Positions 1 to 12,099 of a DNA stretch of 64,000 nt are shown here, piece after piece (positions within the stretch are counted from its first letter, which is position 1; each line of letters opens with the position of its first letter). The translations under genes and the position numbers were made by a program. This DNA is from Eledone cirrhosa (taxonomy: Eukaryota): contig OZ024742.1 of assembly GCA_964016885.1 (NCBI GenBank), forward strand, positions 140,306,001-140,370,000. Reading direction: 5' to 3'. Under the pieces are notes generated by a model. That model searched no databases. It was not told the DNA's origin and worked only from the letters and a program-made list of their open reading frames with translations.

Positions 1-834
<834 letters not shown>

Positions 835-909
835 ATACATTATGAAGAGAGAAGAAACATTTAGATATAATTAGTAATAAAATGTATCATACCTAAACTG
901 TTCCTAAAT

Positions 910-997
910 TCCTCGACTACGTAGTTTCGTGGCATAAACAAAAACAATATATCAAAGATATAGAGTCCTTGCGAGGTCTGCCGACTTATCAAGAGGA
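910..997 (-). ncRNA. Type I hammerhead ribozyme, copy 1 (U3-A8 variant core)
   Basis: Minus strand: UCCUC-UUGAUAA-GUCGGCA...UGCCAC-GAA-ACUACGUAGU-C-GAGGA; stem I UCCUC/GAGGA, stem II GU(C)GGCA/UGCCAC, palindromic stem III, GUC cleavage triplet. Confidence 0.8.
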
Positions 998-1500
998 TAC
1001 CTCATTTTACTAGTCCCAAGAACGCGTCTACACGACGTGAGAAAGAATCCCAAAAGGCGGAGGGGGAGATAGTCACGCGATATAACGGTCGAGAAACAGA
1101 GCTAAGCCTCTTATAACCACGAAGAAAATACCACGGAGGCGGAGGGGGTATTCATATCGAGGCCGTAGAAGAGGTAGTGAAGAAGGCGAGAAGTATGAGT
1201 AATGGAAGCTTTCCAGTTGTCCCCACACCTCAAAGATTGCTCGACCAGAGGGAGTTATTAATATATTTAGAAACACACAGATACATGCGGACACACACAT
1301 ATATACATGAATGCATCCGCACCCAACTGTGAGTTAAGGGTGCCAACTTCACCGATGTTGCTCAATGAATGACTGGGACAGACCAATTCAGTTTGAACCA
1401 GACTGAACCAGTATCAGAGTTAAAAATACATTATGAAGAGAGAAGAAACATTTAGATATAATTAGTAATAAAATGTATCATACCTAAACTGTTCCTAAAT

Positions 1501-1588
1501 TCCTCGACTACGTAGTTTCGTGGCAGAAACAAAAACAATATATCAAAGATATAGAGTCCTTGCGAGGTCTGCCGACTTATCAAGAGGA
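1501..1588 (-). ncRNA. Type I hammerhead ribozyme, copy 2
   Basis: Same motif at +591; a substitution at 1526 extends stem II (GGCAGA/UCUGCC). Confidence 0.8.
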
Positions 1589-2091
1589 TACCTCATTTTA
1601 CTAGTCCCAAGAACGCGTCTACACGACGTGAGAAAGAATCCCAAAAGGCGGAGGGGGAGATAGTCACGCGATATAACGGTCGAGAAACAGAGCTAAGCCT
1701 CTTATAACCACGAAGAAAATACCACGGAGGCGGAGGGGGTATTCATATCGAGGCCGTAGAAGAGGTAGTGAAGAAGGCGAGAAGTATGAGTAATGGAAGC
1801 TTTCCAGTTGTCCCCACACCTCAAAGATTGCTCGACCAGAAGGAGTTATTAATATATTTAGAAACACACAGATACATGCGGACACACACATATATACATG
1901 AATGCATCCGCACCCAACTGTGAGTTAAGGGTGCCAACTTCACCGATGTTGCTCAATGAATGACTGGGACAGACCAATTCAGTTTGAACCAGACTGAACC
2001 AGTATCAGAGTTAAAAATACATTATGAAGAGAGAAGAAACATTTAGATATAATTAGTAATAAAATGTATCATACCTAAACTGTTCCTAAAT

Positions 2092-2179
2092 TCCTCGACT
2101 ACGTAGTTTCGTGGCATAAACAAAAACAATATATCAAAGATGTAGAGTCCTTGCGAGGTCTGCCGACTTATCAAGAGGA
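2092..2179 (-). ncRNA. Type I hammerhead ribozyme, copy 3
   Basis: Same motif at +1182. Confidence 0.8.
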
Positions 2180-2682
2180 TACCTCATTTTACTAGTCCCA
2201 AGAACGCGTCTACACGACGTGAGAAAGAATCCCAAAAGGCGGAGGGGGAGATAGTCACGCGATATAACGGTCGAGAAACAGAGCTAAGCCTCTTATAACC
2301 ACGAAGAAAATACCACGGAGGCGGAGGGGGTATTCATATCGAGGCCGTAGAAGAGGTAGTGAAGAAGGCGAGAAGTATGAGTAATGGAAGCTTTCCAGTT
2401 GTTCCCACACCTCAAAGATTGCTCGACCAGAGGGAGTTATTAATATATTTAGAAACACACAGATACATGCGGACACACACATATATACATGAATGCATCC
2501 GCACCCAACTGTGAGTTAAGGGTGCCAACTTCACCGATGTTGCTCAATGAATGACTGGGACAGACCAATTCAGTTTGAACCAGACTGAACCAGTATCAGA
2601 GTTAAAAATACATTATGAAGAGAGAAGAAACATTTAGATATAATTAGTAATAAAATGTATCATACCTAAACTGTTCCTAAAT

Positions 2683-2770
2683 TCCTCGACTACGTAGTTT
2701 CGTGGCATAAACAAAAACAATATATCAAAGATATAGAGTCCTTGCGAGGTCTGCCGACTTATCAAGAGGA
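2683..2770 (-). ncRNA. Type I hammerhead ribozyme, copy 4 (in terminal partial unit)
   Basis: Same motif at +1773. Confidence 0.8.
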
Positions 2771-2811
2771 TACCTCATTTTACTAGTCCCAAGAACGCGT
2801 CTACACGACGT

Positions 2812-2835
2812 ATGTATATATATATATATATTATG

Positions 2836-2867
<32 letters not shown>

Positions 2868-3217
2868 ATGTATATATATATATGTATGTATATATATATG
2901 TATGTATATATATATGTATGTATATATATATATGTATGTATGTATGTATATATGTATATATGTATATATATATATATATATATATGTATATGTATATATG
3001 TATATATATATGTATATATGTATATATATATGTATATATATATATATATATGTATGTATATATATATATGTATATATATATATATGTATATATATATGTA
3101 TATATATATATATGTATATATATATATGTATATATATATATGTATATGTATATGTATATAAGTATATGTATATGTATATATGTATATGTATATATGTATA
3201 TGTATATATGTATATGT

Positions 3218-3273
<56 letters not shown>

Positions 3274-3316
3274 ATATATATATATGTATATGTATGTATA
3301 TATATATATATATATG

Positions 3317-3373
<57 letters not shown>

Positions 3374-3512
3374 GTATATATATGTATATGTATATATATA
3401 TATGTATATGTATATGTATATATCGTTTCTGAATTTGTTTAGCAAGATTCTTTATCTGAAATCGTGTGTTTCTTATTGGCAACATGACCCTCCCAAAGTA
3501 TAACAATATATG

Positions 3513-3563
<51 letters not shown>

Positions 3564-3680
3564 GTATATATATATGTATATATATGTATATATATGTATA
3601 TATATGTATATATATATATATATGTATATATATGTATATATATATGTATATATATATATATATATATATGTATATGTATA

Positions 3681-3716
<36 letters not shown>
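2812..3716. repeat. (TA)n/(TATG)n/(TATATG)n microsatellite with an ~80-bp unique island at 3424-3505
   Basis: Direct reading. Confidence 0.95.
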
Positions 3717-3719
<3 letters not shown>

Positions 3720-4010
3720 CATTTCATCATTCATTTTACGTCCACTTTTCCCTGCTTGCAAGGGTGGGAGGGGAACTGATTCTGGCTTGATTTCTACAGC
3801 TGGATGCCCTTCCTAACACCAACCTCATTTACAGTGAGTGCTGGGTGCTTTTCTGCCGTGGCACCTCCACGACCACTTTGCAGTGGAATGATAGGGACCC
3901 CAGTCCCTATCATCTCATTTCTACAGCTGAGTAAACTGGAGCAATGTGAAATAAAGTGTCTTGCTCAAGGAAACAACACATCACCCGGTCTGAGAATTGA
4001 ACTCACAACC
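3717..4010 (-). mobile_element. SINE family A copy (tRNA-like head, CORE-like segment, RTE-derived tail), head-truncated
   Basis: Reverse complement of the copies at 55770 and 63315; tail CCCACCCTTGCAAGCAGGGAAAAGTGGACGTAAAATGAATGATGA. Confidence 0.9.
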
Positions 4011-4018
4011 TATATATG

Positions 4019-4074
<56 letters not shown>

Positions 4075-4092
4075 ACTCACAACATATATATG

Positions 4093-4129
<37 letters not shown>

Positions 4130-4138
4130 GTATATATT

Positions 4139-4175
<37 letters not shown>

Positions 4176-4198
4176 ATATATGTATATATGTATATATA

Positions 4199-4231
<33 letters not shown>

Positions 4232-4795
4232 ATATATGTATATGTATATATGTATATATATATATATGTATATACATATGTATATGTATATATGTATATA
4301 TATATATATGTATATACATATATATATGTATATATGTATATATGTATATATATGTATATATGTATATATATGTATATATATGTGTATATATATATATATG
4401 TATATATGTATATATATGTATATATGTATATATATGTATATATATGTATATATGTATATATATGTATATATATGTGTATATATATATATATGTATATATG
4501 TATATATATGTATATATGTATATATATGTATATATATATGTATATATATATGTATATATATGTATATATATATGTATATATATGTATATATATATGTATA
4601 TATATGTATATATATGTATATATATATGTATATATATGTATATATATATGTATATATATGTATATATATATGTATATATATGTATATATATGTATATATA
4701 TGTATATATATATGCATATATGTATATATATATATGTATATATATATGTATATATATATGTATAAATGTATATATGTATATATATATGTATACAG
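4011..4795. repeat. (TATATG)n/(TA)n microsatellite
   Basis: Direct reading. Confidence 0.97.
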
Positions 4796-4799
4796 ACGT

Positions 4800-7504
4800 A
4801 CAGTAGTATGTATTTAATAACCTAACTATCTGTAACACAAACTTCAAAAAACGAGACAATCACTTGATGACTTATAGATCAGGGGAACACACCAGCCAGG
4901 TAGATTATATCCTTACCAGAAGACGTGACAGAGTACCTGTTGTAAACACTAAATCCCTCCCCCATGAAGAATGCACCTCTCAACATAGACTCATAATTAG
5001 CGACCTCATAGTCAGGACGAGACGTACTCGACAACAGAAGAGGACTATCCTCGGGAGAAAAATATGGAAGTTAAAGGACCCCACAGCCAGTAATAAATTT
5101 AAAAGCATATTACTCGATGCTTTTGATAGTAAGGAAGAGCAATTAGAGTCGTACAATATAGAGGAACAGTGGGAATTCCTGAAAGCAAACCTGCTGAAGG
5201 CGACATGAAACCTGTGGCTGGAGCAGACCTATAGGCAGGAGGAGAGTAACTTGGTGGTGGAACAGTAAGGTGGAGGGGTCATCACCATAAGGTGGAGGGG
5301 TCATCAAGGAGTCATCACCATAAGATGGAGGAGTCATCCAAGCAGGCTTGGAAAGCATGGCGGGATGGGGGAAGTAGAGAAGACTATCAAGTGGCCAGGA
5401 GGGAAGTTAGGAGACAAGTGTACTTCGCAAGAAGGGAAGCAGAGGAAAGAAAGTTCAAGCATGTTCTACAACGCGAGGACCAAAAACGTGAGGTGTTCAG
5501 GATTGCTAGGCAATGTGTTAAGGAAAACCGTGATATTGTCGGGGAGAAGTGTGTCCTTAATGAAGATGGTGTACTTGCCATCACTGACTCTGATAAGAAG
5601 GTAGTTTGGAAGTGTCACTACGAAAGGCTACTAAATTAGGAGAATAATTGGGAGAAAGACAGTCTTCTCCACATCGATCCAATAGAGGGACCAGCAGTGC
5701 TAGTTGAAGGTAGTATAATAAGTAAGGTGATCAAAGACATGAAGACGGGCAAGGCGGCTGGGCCTTCGGAAATAGTTGCTGAAATGCTGAAAGCATCTGG
5801 AACGGTGGGACACAATATGGTCACCCGGATAGTAAACCAAGTCATACAGAATGGGGTCGTTCCGAAGGACTGGCGCAGCAGCATCATCATTAACTGCTAC
5901 AAGGGTAAAGGAGATGCCCTAGATAGGGGAAACTATAGAGGCATTAAATTAATTGACCAGATCATGAAGGTCACAGAAAAAGTAATAGCACAACTAATCA
6001 GAGAGCGAATCGATCTAGACGAAATGCAGTTTGGGTTTGTGTTAGGTAAAAGTACAACAGGCGCTCTTTTCATTGTACTACAACTACAGGAGAAGTACCT
6101 AGCTAAAAGTAAACCCCTATACTTAGCTTTTGTTGACTTGGAGAAAGCCTTTGACAGAGTACCCCGCTCGATTATCTGGTGGGTCCTTAGAAAACTAGCT
6201 GTTGATGAATGGCTTGTGAGAGCTATACAAGCCATGTATAAAGAAACAGTCAGCAAGGTTAGAATTAACAACGAATATAGTGAAGAGTTAAGCGTAAAAG
6301 TTGGTGTTCATCAGGGCTCCGTTCTTCGCCCGCTACTATTTATTATTGCCCTTCAGGCTATAACAGAGGAGTTCAAGACCGGCTGCCCATGGGAACTTCT
6401 ATACACAGATGATCTAACGCTCATAGCTAAATCAATGGCTGAACTAGAGAAGAAATTCCAAACATGGAAGCATGGCCTAGAATCAAAAGGCCTTAAAATT
6501 AACCTGTCTAAGACTAAAGTTCTAGTTTGTACGAAGGAAAATAGGGCACTGGTCCCATCTGGGAAATGGCCATGCTCAGTGTGTAGGAAAGGAGTAGGCA
6601 GAAACTCCATTTTATATCCCAAATGCAAAGTATGGGTGCATAAAAGATGTAGTGGGATCACAGGTAAGCTAACTAAGAATATAGATTTTATATGTGGCCG
6701 GTGCTCAGGTGCAATAAGTAGTAGCAAGTGCCCACAGAATACTAGCTCATTCCATTGCACAGATGGTTCTATAGAAATAGTGGACACCTTCCGTTACCTG
6801 GGTGACAAAATCAGCAGTGGTGGAGGGTGCTCTGAAAGTACAGTAGCTAGAGTCAGAACGGGATGGAAAATGTTCAGAGAGCTTATACCACTATTGACCG
6901 CTAAAGGGTTCTCTCTAAAAATGAAAGGCAGGCTGTATGATGCCTGCATACGAACAGCAATGTTACATGGCAGTGAGACTTGGGCATTGTGTACAGACTG
7001 GAGAGGAACGAAGCTTGCATGCTCTGTTGGATGTGTAATAGGAATATACGTGAACGGCAAAGCATAAATGAACTAAGGGAGAATTAGGAATAAGAGGAAT
7101 CAGATGTTGTTTACTCGAGAGAAGACTACGTTGGTACGGTCACGTGATGCGCATGAAAGACGACAGCTATATAAAAAAGTGCAGGGCGATAAAAATAGAC
7201 AGTAGTCACGGAGTAGGCAGACCCAGAAAAACGTGGGACGACTTGATAAATTCCGACCTCACACACTTACACCTCTCCAAGACAATGTCACTGGACCGAG
7301 ATCTTTGGCGCTACACAGTAATACAGAAGACCCGCCTTGCCTAAGTACAAAGCGAAACCTACAGTCAGTAGGCACCTCTAACAAAAATACCCCCCCCCCT
7401 CCCCCACCCTATCCACACCACCCCTTTCGATGTAAAGTTATGTTGGTACCACAACATCCAGGTCGAAATAAATGAAGTCGTGTAGGTGTCACGAAAAAAA
7501 AACA
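4800..7504 (+). mobile_element. RTE-clade LINE, subfamily 1, 5'-truncated with disrupted ORF (APE C-terminus, RT, PHD-like finger, long 3' UTR)
   Basis: ORF pieces 4864-5208 (SQVDYIL..SQHRLII), 5292-5639, 5697-7067 (AFVDLEKAFDRV, GVHQGSVL, LYTDDL, FRYLG), 7144-7344 (GRPRKTW); stops and frameshifts. Confidence 0.95.
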
Positions 7505-8090
7505 CTGTCCTGGCACATTTGCATGCGTCGACCCTCCTGGTCATCGTTCGGCAGTTTTGGCACCTTCTTCGCACAGACTTTCCGCATGTCCAAATCTTCA
7601 GTGAGAATCTTCCAGACGCTGTCCCGATACTTGTCCAGCTCATTTGCCATCAGTCGAACAGTCAGCCGACGATTGCTACGCACCATCTGCCTGACGCGCT
7701 CAACGTTGACCTCAGTCCTGGTTGTTGAGAGCTTTCCGCTCCTGGGGTCATCTTCCACGTCCTCGCGTCCTTCTTTAAACCTCTTGCTCCACTCAAAAAC
7801 ACGTGAGCATAACATCGTCTCATCTCCATACATTTGCTGCAGCAATCCCAGTGCTTCTGACAGAGTTTTCAAGTTTGTTCATTGGTCTGTGCTCAATTGC
7901 TCGACGACCTGAAACGGAAGACATGTATATCAAATTATGAAGAAAAAAGTTTGATCGCTGCAGAGAACTAAGATTACAGTTACATACTCCAGGGGGATTA
8001 CTTTGAAGGAGAAAACTCTTAGTGTGAAGTTTGGGTTTGAAATAGCCCTTTTGTGACATCAGTCCTGGAACTTTTCTGACACACCTCGTA
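7505..8090 (-). mobile_element. mariner transposon 5' fragment (left TIR + N-terminal HTH of transposase)
   Basis: ORF 7489-7872 (VFEWSKRFKEGREDVEDDPRSG...KVCAKKVPK); TIR TACGAGGTGTGTCAGAAAAGTTCCAGGACTG at 8060-8090 next to TA. Confidence 0.88.
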
Positions 8091-8096
8091 TATATA

Positions 8097-8148
<52 letters not shown>

Positions 8149-8177
8149 TATATATATATATATAATGTATATATATT

Positions 8178-8232
8178 TCATTTCATTTTCATTTTACGTC
8201 CGCTTTTCCCTGCTTGCAAGGGTGGGACGGGA
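8178..8232 (-). mobile_element. Solo SINE/RTE 3' tail inserted in (TA)n
   Basis: Reverse complement of CCCGTCCCACCCTTGCAAGCAGGGAAAAGCGGACGTAAAATG. Confidence 0.8.
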
Positions 8233-9665
8233 TATATATATATACATAGTGATTAATAAAATAAGTATACATGGATCTATAACTCCTGATGGAGTCATAG
8301 TAGTGCCATGGTAACATACAAATCTGAACATAGCCAATATCTTCCAGGTAGAGTGTGATAAAGAAAAAAGGAAAAAGTGGTATAGAGGAAGAATCTCTCC
8401 AAGTATTAGGATGAAAGATAAAGTTGACCTTGGCTGATTTTGCACACAGATCATAGAGAGCTGGAATGAATACTGCAAAGCATTCTATCCAACATTTTGA
8501 CAACTCTGCCAATTCACCACCTGATAAAATAAATACCAGTTGATAGGATTGACTAAATCCCTTGAAGTCAGTGCCCCAGCATGGCAGCAGTTTAATGACT
8601 GGAACCAATAAAAGAATAAATGAATATTACAATCATATCTTTAGCAGTATAGTAACAGTAATATTAAGTTGTTAGACTGTTGTTATTCACATGATCAGGA
8701 GTTCAAGCCCTCATTACAACAGTGACTGCATTAAGAGTTTATTTGCTTGAATGAACCGAGTTGAAAATTTCACAGATGAGTGATTAAAAAAGAACATCCA
8801 GTTGTAAAAACACTTCCAATAATTGGAATGTTCCAGTTTATAGAAATATCTGTATGGTAAATTGGATTAAAAACATCTGAAAAAATAATCTGTAATTGAA
8901 TTAGGTTTCATTATATTCACATAATTATATTCATGTATTATGTATATATATATTCATATAATTGTTTCTACTTTGGGCACAAGGCCAGCAATTACCCAGT
9001 GCATTACTAGTACTTTATTTTATCGACCCCGGAAGGATGAAAGGCAAAGTTAATTCATATAATGATATTTATATATATAAATATATATATATATATTCAT
9101 ATATTTTATGATACAAGTGAGCTCTACCATCAAAATTGGTGCTGATTTGCATATTTATTAAGTTATTCATATACATGACGTATGCAAAGGAGTGAAGAAA
9201 AAAGTCTATGCTGTTTAAATCTTTGATAATGGATGGAAGAGCAGGGAGGTTTCTTATATGGCCATTGGAATTCATTCTAAGTATATATCATTAGAAAATT
9301 AGAGAGATGTCGGTATATTATTTACACATAAAACTTTATAGAAAAGAAATATGACTATTGCCTCTTAATGTAAACATTGTGGTTTAATATACTGGTTCAC
9401 ATTTCAAATACAACACTTTTACTACTTTATCCTTTCTACCTCTCTTCTCTCAGAGTCTCTATCTACTTGCTCTCTCTCTTGACATGTATCCCTCTTTCTC
9501 TATTCTCTTGTTCTTTCTGTTTTTCTCCTGTATTGTATTACACATTACAATGTGCATAGTATTTGTGTGTTATAATCTCTGCTTTTTTCCTCATTATCTC
9601 TCTTTCTTCCCCTCTCTCTGGTCATGAAAATTGTATTCTATTATGCATTATTTCACTCTCTCGGT

Positions 9666-9827
9666 GGATTGGCAGTATTGGTAGAGGGTCGGACGCCATG
9701 CTTTGCCATTCTGAGTTCAAATCCCGCCGAGGTTAACTTTGCCTTTCATCCTTACGGGGTCGATAAAATAAAGTACCAGTAATACACTGGGTAATTGCTG
9801 GCCTTGTGCCTAACGTAGAAACAGTAT
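9666..9827 (+). mobile_element. SINE family B (tRNA-like head, GCCTTTCATCCTTACGGGGTCGATAAAATAAAGTACC core resembling the Meta-SINE domain)
   Basis: Near-identical copies at 27736 and 38909; B-box-like GAGTTCAAATCC. Confidence 0.8.
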
Positions 9828-10835
9828 TACCACTCTCTCTCTCTACCAGCAAAGCATCTATGAAGAACAGGAAGAGAGGATTTGTTAGTAAAGTCATAAG
9901 GATGAGAAAGAGGAGGAATAAAAAAAAGAGTAATAGATAGTTAGAGAGATTTTATAAAAAGTTACATAAATGTACAGACATACAAATACACAATGTATAT
10001 TATCATATTGGATAATTATGTTCACATTCATTATGTAATATAATTTATTTTCGTATATATTATATAATATACTTATATCCATAGGATTATATAATATTTT
10101 TGGAAAGACCAATGGAAACATTGTTTCCTCAGTCTGATTTGACGAGGTGTGGGATCTAGTCGATCAACTGTCGATATAATATTTATACCTAGTATATAAT
10201 TACATTCATATATATTATATAATAAAATCAATTCCATATCATCATTATCATTTTTCATCTGTTTTTCCATGCTTCCATAGGTTGGATAGGTCATCACAGT
10301 ATGAGACTAGATAGGACAGATGACCACATGTTGCTCATATGTTCCATATTTTGGTAAGGTTTCTATATATGAATGCTTTTCCTAATGTCAACCACTTTAC
10401 AGAACATACTGGATGCATTGCATCATGGCCCCAGTAAGACTATTTTGTCTCTGTTTGGTCACCAACCACTTTGCAGATATATGTAGTTAAATAACTTCAC
10501 CAACCCGCAATTGGCCAAGTGCGGTGAGAATGGTTACTCCCCTGACATGGCCAGAATCAAAAGAAAGTGGAGGAGGTCAACCAAGGAGGGGTTCCTCCAA
10601 CAGGAGTGAGAAGGCCTTGGGTTGGTTTGGATAATGAAAATATATTAATGAAGTGTTTATCTGTGTGACCAGATGCCTCACTTCCACATTTAACACTGAC
10701 TCTGAGTTGAATTGGGCACAGTACTTGTTTGAGGTTCTTAACAGTTGACTTGCAGGCTAATTTAATCTAGCATTCTTGTTCAACACAGTCAAATAGGTCA
10801 TTGGCATAATGAGGGAAGCGACTATAATTATATAA

Positions 10836-11181
10836 CTAGCTGACGTACCCAGCTTCGCCTGGGTAAACAGATGATAAGAGAAGACAGGTAAAAGAGAAAA
10901 TGACTGTATTGGATGTTTGTCTGGTTACAGTATGAGGCGAGTCCGTGGTGTCTGTGTGATACAAGAAACAGTAAAAGAAATCTTCCAGATATACCAGATT
11001 CTTCTTGTACTGTTTGTGCATAGTATATGAACAATTCTAGGTACTCCCACCTAGAATAGTGACCTCTAGGAGATGGTTCATCTTCTGCCTGACTGTAAAA
11101 CGTGTATCATTGCATAGATGTGGTTGTTCCACGTTTCTCAAAAGGATGATGAAAGTTCCAATCTTTTATATTATATGTAGA
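10836..11181 (-). mobile_element. Non-autonomous Helitron derivative (~350 bp)
   Basis: Minus-strand 3' end ACCCAGGCGAAGCTGGGT hairpin + CAGCTAG|T; 5' TC..ATATAAAAGA; the 3' ~150 bp resembles the end of the large Helitron at 61190-61359. Confidence 0.8.
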
Positions 11182-11714
11182 TATAGATATAGATAATTAA
11201 TATAAAAGATGTCCGTCAATTTAAAAAAGGTCCCTATTTACTTGAAATGATTTATACAAATGCCAAATTAATATGGATGTAAAAGGATAATGATGAACAG
11301 GTCTTTTTCAGCACATCATTTCCCCTATGAGCTTCAACAATTTGAGATCAGCTTTAACCTCTACTGCAACTTCCTTTCACTGGAATTTCTTGGCACTTCT
11401 TCACCTAGCAATCATCATCCATGTGCATCATATGTCCATACCAACACAGTCTTCTCTCTTATACACTACTTCTGATACCTCTTATACCCAGTTTTTTTCT
11501 CAGTTCATGCTTTGTCATTCATGCACATTAACATTGCACATTCATCAAAGCATACTTCATCATCATTTCCTACTCAGAAAAGCTTGTAACTATGTTGTGT
11601 GCCTGTGACCTGTCTGGCTGAGGCACCCCTCCATTTCACTTCTTGTACACTATACATGCATATATATCATCATTATCATCACCGTTTTTAAGTCCGCTTT
11701 TCCAGGCTTGCATA

Positions 11715-12092
11715 TGTGACATCACAAAAATCACCCAGTCCACCCTGTAAAGTGGTCATACTGGTGACACAACAAAAAGCACCTAACTCACCCAGTAAAG
11801 TGGTTGGATTGGTGACATGACAAAAAGCACTTGGCCCACTGTGTAAGGTGATCGTGCTGGTAACATGAAAAAGATCCCAGGTCAACTTGTCAGTTGGTGT
11901 AATGATAAATAGTATCCATTCCACATTGTAAATGTGGTTGGCATTAAGAAGGGTATCTAACTGTAGAAACCAAGCTAGAAACAGTTCTCTATGAGCAAGA
12001 CACAGTCACCTGATCTGACATGCCTCACAATGGGACAACTCATCTAACATATGCTAGTGCTGAAAATGGATATTAAATGGTGATGATGATGA
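11715..12092 (+). repeat. SINE-related 3' segment with 4-5 tandem ~48-bp units and a (GAT)n tail
   Basis: Repeated GTGACA..CAAAAAGCACC..CAC.CTGTAAAGTGGT units. Confidence 0.7.
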
Positions 12093-12099
12093 TATATAT

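Larger units (their letters stand above)
835..2811 (-). mobile_element. 591-bp tandem array (3 full units + ~204-bp partial), retrozyme/Penelope pLTR-like, hammerhead-bearing
   Basis: TATGAAGAGAGAAG recurs at 841, 1432, 2023 and 2614 (period 591); only about 4 substitutions seen between copies; flanked on both sides by TA microsatellite. Confidence 0.9.

Noticed and set aside
1073-1300. 75-aa ORF repeated in each 591-bp unit
   Set aside because: Starts in a TG-repeat patch, has no recognisable domain, and is identical only because the unit is duplicated
835-2811. CRISPR array or rDNA/snRNA tandem gene
   Set aside because: No repeat-spacer pattern; no recognisable 5S, snRNA or tRNA sequence in the unit
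9255-9300. CUAAUGA...GAAAC on the minus strand
   Set aside because: G5 is mutated and no stem I or stem III closure is present
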